The notes under the pieces were generated by a model. That model searched no databases, had not been told where the DNA came from, and worked only from the letters and a program-made list of their open reading frames with translations. The position numbers and the translations under genes are program-made. Shown here one piece after another: positions 8,401 through 20,400 of a stretch of 64,000 nucleotides of DNA. This DNA comes from a virus (taxonomy: Duplodnaviria; Caudoviricetes): the IMG/VR virus record IMGVR_UViG_3300031867_000020, positions 32,001-96,000 of that record; one strand, given 5' to 3'. Positions within the stretch are counted from its first letter, which is position 1. Each line of letters begins with the position of its first letter.

Positions 8401-11400
8401 GCGCTGCAAGCAAGTCCAGCGTATGCAGAAAGAATTAAAGAAAAAGGTTTTGTTTATTCCAATGAGGCTGAGAAATACATTCAGAGTCAAATTAGACAGC
8501 TTAAGAGAGCACAACTTGAAGGATATATTGCACTTCCAGAAGGCACAAGAAAAGTAACAAAACTTGCAGCAGCAACACCAGGTGCTTTCTTGCAGCCTTT
8601 TATGGAGGCTGCCGGAATAAATGTAAACAACATTTCCGACGAAGCTTTAAGGTCTTTGCTTCCATTTATGCTGGATAAAAACGAACAAATAATAACCAGT
8701 CCGGAAGACTTAGAGAACGCAGATCGGGCAGTTGTTTCCAGAGACCCGGCCGCAGTTGCAGAAATGATATTTGCAACAAATGCTTTCGGCTTTTTGTCCG
8801 GTATCAGTGATAAAGGACTTGAAAGTATTATCAGCAATTCTCCTGATGCAATAAAAAGATTAAGGAGCAAACAGGCCGGCTATAGCGAAGGATCTGAAGA
8901 ATGGGATCGCTATCAGCAAAAAATAACTAAAGCAGTGACATTGCAAAAGCAAGCAGCAGCTTATCAAAAATTTAAAAGTTTAACCGGTGTAACAAGCGAA
9001 CAGCTGCGAGGAGCTTCTTGGCTCACAACGCAACAAATGTATGAACAAAACACTGGCGACTTTGATGGTGATGTTATTAATATGTACACCGGGCTGTCTG
9101 ATAAAACAGTAAAAAGAGCCGAGGAGTATAAAGCGAAGGTTGATGCTGCTGGTATAAAGTTTGAAGAAGAAACTGGCAAATTCATGAAGGCAACAGGAGA
9201 AGAACTTGTTGTTAATGATCAAATAGACGCAGAAATGCAAGCTATGCTTTTAACAATTCGTTCAACACAGGCGATGGGAGCTGCATCTAAACTTCTACGT
9301 GAAGCTGGAGCACTCGACGATAATGACCCCAGAAAATGGAGCCTTTTATACGAGGGTAAAAAAGCGTATGACTTCGCAAGTTCTGATATGAGAAAAAAGG
9401 CCGGATTGTTTAATTTCACAAATGATGCAGAAAGTTTAATGAAGAAACAGAATCTGCACCAACGTTTTATTAAAAGTTTGAATGCCTTTTCTGATGTTGA
9501 TTTAAGTGCACTTTCAACTGAAGATAGAGAAACAATAACAAGCAATACAATTAGCGCTTTGTTTAAATCTGGTTTGCCGAGTATAACTGATGCTCAAGGT
9601 TTCATAGCGAGATCAATGACACTTGATAAATTTGCGCACGGAGAAGTTGAAATGTCTTTTCTCCAATCTGATGTTGATCGTTTATTAAACGAACAATATG
9701 GTATGAGCGATACGCCAGAAGCAAACGCAGCAAAACATTGGTCGAATTTAATAATAAAGAATTTATCCGGACAGCTTATCAGTGAAAGAGATATTGAAAA
9801 AGCAAATGAAATTCAGCAAGCGTGGGATATAAGTATAAATCAACGTGGTAACGAAGTCTCAGACAGAGAAAGAACAGAATATGGTAGATTTACCCGAAAC
9901 ACAAAAACTCTTCGAGATAATGCGCCGACCAGAGAAAATATTGAAAATAGATTGGCACAACTAAAAGTCAGAAGAGCAAGTAACAGCGGATATATCGAAA
10001 AGGGTATTGATGATGAGATCAGCGTGTTAGAAAACGCTTTAATGGAAGATGAAGCTATTGAAGGGATTATGAAGGGAATCAACATTGCTGATTGGAAAGA
10101 AACGGAAGAATACAAGCAACAGCAAAAAGAAAGATTAGAAGCACAAACAAAATTAATCGAAGAGCAATTAGGAAAAGGCAAAATATCTCAACCATGGGAA
10201 AAGATTAAGAATAAAAATATGAACTGGTCTTCTTTCCAGAACTGGATTAAAGGAGATCAAGAATATAGAGTGATGAGTTTTGATGAAAATGGTTCGTCTG
10301 TTGCTCCAGTTAATATTAGTTTTGATAATGCAAAATATCGAGAGAATACTGCTTTGCAAGAAATGCTCGGAAAAAGCGAACAAACAGCTGCTATGGGCAT
10401 TGGTACTCTTATGCATCAAGCTTTTGAAGATTATTTTAACGCGAGGATGGATGGAACGCTTAACGGTAGAACAATTGATGATATGTTTGAAAATCTAATA
10501 GGAAACGGTGATACAAAATTTGTTAAAGATATTCCTGGTATAAGCATAATACCAGGAAAAACAAAGGAAGGAAAAACAGTTTACAACGTTTCAAGTCCAT
10601 ACCATAACGACGATAATGTTGGTAAACTGAATAACATTCTTCCTGTGCCTAAAAACGAAGTATCAGGTTTACGGAAAAGCTTAGCCGCATTAGAAGCTGC
10701 AGGCTTTGATTTAGATAATCCTGATAACATTGAGGGCGATATTCTTACATATAACAAAGGCACAAAAAAATGGGAAGCAACTGGAACTCGTTACGATAAG
10801 TTTGATTTAAAAGTAAGAGATTTTAATGCTGATGGATCGGTGAAAAAGGACGATAAAGGAAATGATGTTTATCGCACAGTTCAAACATATGCTCGTCCTG
10901 ACTTGATGCTTCATCATAAAGGCGGTAAGTTCCAAGGTCACGAATACGATGAAGGATATTATGTTATTGACTACAAATCCGGATTTGAGGGCGCTAAACA
11001 CTCTCTTAAACAGTCTGCTTTTTACGCTGCTTTATATAATCGAGCCGCAGAAGGATATTACAATGCTATTGATAAACAAAATGCCGGAGAAGAATTAACT
11101 GCAGAAGAAGCAATTGCTTTGGAGGAAGGTCGTAAATATGCCCGCTATGGCGAAATGGCCACTGATAGCAGTGGGCACAGGTATTACAGATCAAAAATTA
11201 AAGGTGCAATCGGTTTAAACCCCAATGGCAGTAGTGTTTTGTTTGACGCTCACACGTCATCAGATTTTGCAACTCAATGGAATTCTGCTTTATCAGAAGC
11301 ACAACAGGCAATAGAAGGCAAATCTCTTGAAGCAATTTTAGCCGGGACAGGAATGAGCGATAACGCTTATGATAAAGCACTTGCTTCCATGATAAGAGCT

Positions 11401-14400
11401 GAAAGAGCGCATACAGAAACACAAAAAACAACTCAAAGATTTGACGAAGATTATAATGCCGGAATGCGGATGGATGAAAATAAAATGAATTATTTTTTGG
11501 CGAGATATACAAAAGATCTTGATGAAATGAACCGGATCGGATCTTTGATACGAAAAGAAAGTGACGAACCGCCTACAAAATATAATCGATTTGCATTATA
11601 CAGAGATCAGTTAAGCAGCGTTTTACCAGATGAAGTTTATCAAGCAGCAATCAATAGATATGAACCTGGTAGTCCAGAAGCTTTGCAAATACAAAGCGAG
11701 ATGGAAAGAAAAAGGAGATACTTAAGCCAGATAGAAGCTTTGAATTTTGACGCAGCAGTAGGAGATTGGACTAAGTTATCTGACCGCGTTGAGTCAACTA
11801 TCGGTGGAGCAAAAGTTTCCAGCACATCATCTTCACTTCAAAGCATCAATAACAGCTTTTTAGATGCTCAACAAACAAGAAAAGGTCTATTTGAACGAAC
11901 AGTCGCAGTAGATAAAAAAGATGAAAATGGTAAGATTATCGGTTCAGAAGCGAAATCTATTATCAAAGGACCGTTATCTGATTATATGACAAATGAACAA
12001 AAGGCGGATTTATTTGATATTGAAAATGAAAATGAAGAAATACGAAAAGATGCAAAAGAGAGTCGAGATCAGTTTTTAGCGTCAATAGAAGCTGAAAAGA
12101 AAACGGCAGAAACGATTAAAAAGCATTTGCCAACATTGTTCAATGCTGATAAAACACAAGATGCGCAAGAGTGGGCTAATATCACAGGAGAAATTCAAGA
12201 TCCATCTACAGTCTTAGAGCAATCCTTTGAAGCAAAGAAAGCAGAAATAACAAAAAGGATTCTTTCATGGAATAAATCAGTTGCAGAAATGCAAAAAGAT
12301 ATAGATGATAATAATGCCACTCCTGCTTTAGTTCCTTTCTACAAAGAATTAATTAATGAATATAGCAATCGTGCCCAAAGAGAACAAAGTTATCTTGATA
12401 GCAAAGGATATAAAGAAAAAATAGTTAACGATGAAATGCAGCGTCTTGGTTTGTCTGGCGCAGAAAACGCGCAAGATAGAGCAGCAAAATGGGCGGATGA
12501 ACGACAAGCGGCGATCGATAAAGCGTTAGAAGTTAATTCTGAAGAATTCGCAAGGATTTCACGAGAGACAAGAAATCCATCCAACGAAAACGAACGTGAA
12601 GCAAGATTCGCCAAGCTGAGAGAAATTAATGAAAGGGCTCAAGGCTTATACAGACAAAGAGCGCAAAACAGAGAGCAGAGAACTGCTTTTGAACAAACAT
12701 GGCAAGAAGAACAGGATGATAGATTAACTAATTTTGATAATATGATTAACAGAAAGAGACTTTCTGATGAGGACAGAATTGAAACTAATGTAAAACAAGC
12801 AAGAAGACAAGCTCTGTATAATTCAATTGATCCTAAAAAGACAAAACAAGAAAGAGAAGAATGGTATAAAAGATATAAAGATGAAGACTACTGGAAGTCG
12901 TACAGGGGCAACCTTCAGCAAGAAACAAATAATGATAACCAACTTCGTGATCTTAGAAGAATAAATAGTGAAGAACAAAATCTTGCGGATATTCAGATGC
13001 GTGAGAAGCAAACGCAATGGGCGAGGGATGACTTCTATCGCAACCTGCAAAATCGAAATGGCCTTGGCTATACGATGTTTGGCCGCAACTATCTTACTTA
13101 TCAAAACCGTAGGATTCAACTTGAGAGAGATAATACACGGAGAACAAGTCAAAATGAGAGCATTGATAGGCAAGTAAAAGATCTTGATCAACAAATCAAA
13201 AATGCAAAAGCGCAAGGTAAAACAGAAGACGCAAAAGACCTTGAAACCAAAAAAGCGAACCTTTTAGCTAACAAGCAATCCAATCTGGATGAGATCAAGA
13301 GAACACAACAGGAACTGAATGGTTTAAGTGGCGCTGGGAATGCCGTCAATGCAACCTTTGATACAATAGGTCAAACGATCACAAGGTTCACACAACGCAT
13401 AGGAAGACAAATGTTCCAAAAAGCTCTTCAGGAGACAAAACGGTTTATCAAAGAATTTGATTCTTCGATGAATGAAATTCAAGCTATTACGCTGAAGGGC
13501 GATCAGGCGATGGCGAGTGTTCGTAGCAATACGATCAACAAAGCCTTGAACCTCAGAACTTCTGTTTCCAATGTTGCATCTACAGAAGCCGCGCTTTACA
13601 GGCAGGGTTTAAGTGACTCAGAGGTTTCTCAAAGAACAGATGCGATCGTAAAGTTTGCAACTGTTGCAAAGCTGAAAACCACAGAAGCAACGAAGATCAT
13701 CACAACAGCTCTTCAAAATAACCTCGTTACCTCTGCGGAGCAAGCGATGGACGCGCTTGTCGCTCTTGGCGACAGCGCTGCGACTACCGCTGCGGAGATC
13801 GGCAAAGGTATGCAAAAGGCTGCCGCGTCCGCCAAGGTTGCCGGTGTGTCTTATGCTGAACTTACTTCTTTGTTAACCTTTGGTACAAGCGATACGCAGC
13901 TGAGCGGTTCTCAGGTTGGTACAGCCTTACAGACTGTGTTTACACGTATGAGAAGGCTTACGGCTGACAACTGGGTTGCTGATCAGAACGGCGAAAAGAC
14001 CACGGCAAACGACGCAGAAAAGGCTTTGAATACGATTGGTGTTTCTCTGTGGAGCGACAAAGCAAATGGTCAGATGCGTGGAGCTTATGATATTCTTATT
14101 GATATTGCCAAGGTATGGAATAGCATCAGCGATGCCCAGAAGAGCATTGTCACCAGCGCTTTGGCTGGAACACGTCAAACGAACATTTTCTCTACGCTTA
14201 TGGAAGGTCTCGGAGAAGACGGCGGCAAGAGAGCTGAGGAATATCTCGGGCTCGCTGAAAGCAGTCAAGGCATTACTCAGACCAAGTATGAAATTGCCAT
14301 GGAAAGCCTGAATGCTTCTCTCGAGACAGTGAAATCTTCGTGGGATGCTATTGTAGAAAGCTTTACAAACAGTGGTACTATCACCGGTGTTCTTGATGGT

Positions 14401-17400
14401 GTCTCTGGCTTTATGCAGATGATAGCTAACTTGGCAAGCACAGGTCCTGGTCAGTTTACAACGGTGTTTGCCGCGATTGCCGGAGGCATCGCTGCTGTTG
14501 CTGCTGCTTCTGCTCTGTTGACGACAAGCAATCCTGTGTTAAAGACTTTGAGCACGTTGTTAACAGTTGTAGCTGGTGTTGGAACGTTTGGTATATTAAC
14601 ATCCATTGCCGGGTTATTCGCAGGAGAAGATATAAACACACAAAAAGAAAAAAGCTTGACTAAAATGCATGAAGAAGCAGTAAAACGAGAAGGCAAAAGA
14701 GCAGAAAGAACAAAAGCAATTAGCGATGTAGAAGAACTTGGTGCTGCTTATGATGAATTAGCAGAAGCAGAAAATAGTGCAGCTTTAAGTACAGCATCAA
14801 ATAATTTAAAATCTGCTTTGCTTAATCTTGCTGATGTATTTCCTAATTTAACAGCACAAATTATGGATTCTACAAGTTCGCTTAAGGACTGGAGAGACAT
14901 CGTAGATAAAGCGAAAAAAGAAAATGAAGATATAACAGCAGGTGAAATGGATGTCATAATAGCAAAATCCAGAGAACATAATGATAAATTTGATGATTAT
15001 ATGGGTAATATTGAAGATCCGTCATCTATTGAATCAGATTCTGTACGAGCCTTATACACTATACTCCATGCAGCCAATGCGTCTGGACTGGTTTCAAATA
15101 AGGATGTTGAAGATGGAATTAGTGCATATGAATTATATACCTTAGGAAACAAAACAATGAATGGATATTTTAAAGATTACACAGATAAGGTTGGAGGAAT
15201 TAATTTTACAGATGATTTTAGTTCAGACAACGAAGCATATATCGATAAACCACAAACGGACTTTTTAAAAGAATTAATTGAATCAGACAATCCGCACATA
15301 AATCGAAGTTTAAGAAAATACTATGATGAAAATAAAAAAGCTTTTGGATGGGTTGATAATAATGGCGAAGAAATATATACCTATGATGACTTTATTTCTG
15401 CATTAAAGGGAAACGAAACTGATAATGTTTATCATATGGCAAACGCAGCTGGTACAGCAAGAGGATGGATTTCTGAAGATGCTACCAGTCATTATGGAAG
15501 CAATTTTTTAGCAGGTATGTCTTTAAATCCGATGAGAGCAGAAGTGATTCAGTCGATCTTTGATGGTTTTGACAACAATAGAACTATATCTGTTGCAAAA
15601 GGCGTTTTAAAAGGTGGAGTTATTGATCAAGCGAAAGAATACTTAGATGCGTTCGAAACAAATGGATTAATGACACTTTTATCTGAAGCAACAGGTGGTG
15701 AGTATAGTGCTGATTTCATAAAAGAGGTAATGGAAAGACAAATCTATGATATCTTATTTGATGAAAACGGCGAAATGAAAAAAGGTGTAACAATAGAAAA
15801 TGTTAACACTGGATTAAATAATTTCTTAGATGGATACATGACAGCAAAGGATAAAAGAAAATACTTGCAAGAATATATTGATCAGTATGCATCTCCTGAT
15901 ATGTATGAGTATTTTCTTCCTGATGAAAATGGAGGAATTGAATACAAAGGGTATACAACTATTGAAGCGGCAACAAAAGCTGCAAAAGAAAAAGGAATCG
16001 GTACGGAAAACATCATGGTATCCGACGGAAAGGGTTGGTATAGGGCTTATTACTCTACTCCTGAAGAAGTGATGACTGCAAGAGTTATGGCTGGAAAGTC
16101 GGGAGGTATAGGATATAACGAGAAAAGAGATTTCTTAAAAGATATGAATAAGTTTGATAATATTGGTGCTTTAAAAAAGGAATATAGTGGTGATAAATCC
16201 GAAACCTTTGGTTCGCTTCTTTCAGGTGATGTCAGTACCGCTGCTTATTATATGGCGGAAAATGGTCTTATCAGCTATAATAAATTTAAAGATATATATG
16301 GAAGGAATGTGAACGGACAAAACACGGACTTTGATCTGATAGAACCTTTCCTGAACGAGAATGGTACGATTAAAAATATAGATCTTCTGAGAACAGACGA
16401 GTTCAAAGGAGCAAGACAGGCTTTTGAAAATGTATTTGGCTCTACTACTTTCGCTGAAATGCTTGATAAAACGGATGAAATTACTCGCGCCGAATTTGAT
16501 AAAATTAAAGAAAAGGGTTTATGGACAGGTGATTTTGAGTCACTAATGACAGATTATATGCCTGAAAAAGATGATACTGTTTCGGTAGCTACACGTTTCT
16601 TACAAAAGGAGCTTCGGGAACTAATAGCAAATGCTGTTGGTGCTTATGAGTTTGATGAAGATCTTGCAAGAACCGTAAAGCAAGCACAGGCATCCAAAGA
16701 AATAGAGAGAAAGTTCCAGTTCGATGAAAACTATGATACGATCAAAAACTATGGTTTAGCTTTTGGATATGGAACAGAGACGCAGAAGAATGCATCGCGT
16801 GCTCAAGTCAGAAGCACAACGACAAACCTCGGCAATTTCAACGCAGCTGTTGACAGATATACAAATGGCAAGGCTCGCGATGAAGATTATCGTGTTATTG
16901 CCGGAGTAACAGGAATGTCTGAAAGCTATCTGAGAAATAATGCCAACAGCAAAACCACAAAAAATGTTGTAGGTGCAAGAAGAGATCTTGACATTCAATC
17001 TCAAATCGATCTGTACGGAAAAGTCCGTGAAGCCTCTGGTATAAAAGAAAACTCTAAGCAAGACAAAGAGTTGCTGAATCTGTTTGGATTAGAAAGAGAC
17101 AAAGATGGAATCATTCGTTTTGTCGCACAAGAAGACGTTGTCTCAAATAATGTTACACGACAAAACCAGATCAACAACTATGATAGAGCTTCTCTTCGTG
17201 ATGCGTTTGGATATGCTATCACAGACGAAGGTAAAATTTATGGCAGTGACAAATTGGTTCAAAGAGCACTTGCCGGCAACGAGGAAGCATACGGAAGACT
17301 TACTCAAGACGAGCTTTATCAGGCATATGCAAACGCGGGCATTGAAGGTAATGATTTCCGTAACATGATCGGACGCAGAGCGAAAGGTGTAACCGGAACT

Positions 17401-20400
17401 TATGCTCAAAACTGGTCTCCTGTTATGGCAAAATTGATGGGATCAAGCAATGTAGATGAATGGGATTGGAAAAAGATCAGAGAGAATTATCAAAATGGTA
17501 CATCTGAAACCAAGGCAGCATACGAAGCTTTGTTTGGGGCGACTACCAACGGACAGCAGGCTCTTGATTATCTTACCGGTGCGAGCAATAATATGCCGTC
17601 GGCTTCTTTTGCCGCCGGAGTAAAAACTCAGATGTCCGGAGTTGAAGGTGTTAATTATTCCGAGCAGTTTACTTCTTCTGATATTTCTCGTCTTTCTGGC
17701 CGACTGCTTACTGATGGCAGAAGCTGGAACGATCTTAAAGCGGCGAATCTATTTAGTGATGAAGAATGGGCCGCTATTGAACAAGGAAATGCTGATCTTG
17801 TTTCGTATCTGAAGCTTGAAGACAAAACAACTCCTTATGCCAAGAGGCTCAGAGAAAGTGCTCAGCTCAAGATGCTTGAAGGCAAAAGATATGATTCTTC
17901 CTCCGACGCGGCGGCGTATGCCAGAGCTTTATTTAACTATCAAAACAAGCCAGCTCTTGCTGCACAAACAGCATATGATAACAGGAAGAATTATTCTGAT
18001 ATCAGCGAATTTATTAAAGCGCAAGAAAGCTTAAATGGTTGGACTGATCTTGTTGCTACACAGGAATACCAGGACTGGTATAAAGAGTATGTCGAAGGCG
18101 GAAAGAGTTATGATGAAGCGATTGAAGCATTCTCCGACCTGACCATGTACAACAGAGGAGCAAACTACAAAACATCTGCCGAAACAGCGGATATTGTGGA
18201 ACGAGCTCTTCAATCTACAGATCGCCGTAATAATACTGCTGAATACAAAGCCATTCAGTCTGTTCTCGGCAACAAAGCTGCTGCAGACTGGCTAAATGGA
18301 GAAGATCTCACCAACAATGCGACATATCAAAATATGATCAATAATTATAGATATGGACTCTCTGGATATACTGGGGCTCAGATTAGGCAAGGTCAAAGAA
18401 ATATTGCCAGAATGACTCAGGAACAACTCGGAAAAAGGTTGTTAAGTGAAGAGTATAGAACTGAAGCTTCTCAATACATGTCTGGTTTCAGCGAATGGAA
18501 TGAATACGCAGCTTTGCTTCAAGCTAAGGCGAGTGGAGAAAAGTATGATGAAGCTGAATTAGATAGACTTCAAACCAAGTTTGATCGGTTTAATGAGCAG
18601 GCTCAAATACAATTTGAGGTTGATGGTATTAGTGATCTTGAACAGGCTGGAGAAGTTGTCAGCGGTTTAAGTGATACCATTTCGAAGATCAAGCAGGGCG
18701 GAAATATTGCGATCAAAGCATCTGTTGAATTCGAGAACAATGAGCATCAAACGCTTCAATATGGAGCGATGTTGGACAGCGCGTCTCGATCTGATCAGTA
18801 TACGGCTGTAAAAGCCTTAACTGGTTGGAGCGACGCCCGAATCCAAAGCGACTGGGCAGGAGCGATGTCTGCTGCCAGAGCTATTCACGGTGTTAATGTG
18901 TCCCAGTACGGCAACTCTGACGAAGAAATCGTTGCTGAGTTAAATAGGAGATATGCGAAAAATCCTGAAGATGCACTGGAACTTGCAAATCTTTTAGGGT
19001 TTGAGCTTACAACTGATAACGAAGGAAATATATCTCATCTTTCATTTAAACGCATCGGAAACGGATCAATTGATCGTGAGAATCGTTTCCATGAAACAAC
19101 CCGCCAATACACAGCGCAAGAAATTAACGACGCAAGAAGACGGATGTTAAATGGAGAGAACTTAAGCCAAGAAGATAATGACTTATATAATGCAGCTTCG
19201 GATAACGCTGGAAAGTATTTAACGGCATATCTGAAGATGATGAACAATCCAAGCGCTTATACCGACCAGGAAATTGCAGAAGCAAGACGGCGTGCAGAAC
19301 AAGAGCTTAATCTTGAAGGGAAAGATGCGCGCAGAAAACCGCTGGAGGATTATGCTCTCTACGAAGAGAACGAAGCCAAGGTTAAAATGGCAACAGACAT
19401 ATATGACGCATATAGCAACGTTGATCAGACAAAGCGTCGTTCCATGATGTCTACAATTAGCGGTGAATTCGAAGGGATTCAGAATGCGCAATGGGCATTA
19501 AATCAAGGTGCGACAACAAGCACATCGAGGAACTACATTGCATCCGTTCTCGGTTTAAGTGAAAAAGATGTTCAGAAAGCTATGAGAACCGATGAAGGTA
19601 AAAAACAACTCCAGGAAGATTTGCAATCCAAGAGCAAAGACTTATTCAAATCTGTTCTTGATGGATATGGTAAGGCTTTTAAAATTGAATTCGATACATC
19701 TGATACTGGGGTTGAGAATGCAGTTAGTCAAATTCTGGAGAATGCCAGCACGCTCGGAACAGAAGTGACGAATTATCTTCTGCATCTTGCGGGACTTATG
19801 ACGAGCGATGGTCTTCTTGGAGAAAATGATGACTACGATTTTGTAACAGCCATGATGAACGCTTCTGATAATTACGCTGAAACCAAAACTTCTGAACGTG
19901 GTTATTTATGGTTATCTGAACATCCAGAAGAAGCAAGAGAGCTTTTGTCCAATCCTACGATACTTCCTGAAGGATACACATATGTTGAAGGCAAGGGAAT
20001 ATATGATAGCACTGGCCTTCTTGGGTACGATACGAACAGTGATTTGTATCAAAGATATCAAGCGCAAAGACAAATTTCTCAAAGCTCCGGTGTTAACTGG
20101 ACCAAATTCACAGAACAAGAACCTATAATAACAGCAGCTATCTTGAATCACGGTGAAGGCGGCGTTGGAGATGAGTTATACGACGCAATAATGACAGCAG
20201 GCGTTACAGGAGTTAAAGGTTCTGATTATTATGGAGCTATTGGCTCGAATTATCTCGGTCGGTTTGCTGGCATTAATGGCGGTATTACCGGTATTAATTC
20301 CATGGAAGACGCAGAAGAATTTATGGGGCTTGTTCAAAAATGGCAAACTGATGAAACCGGAAATGGTGCTATCTTTGATGAATGGTATAATAGCGTTGAG

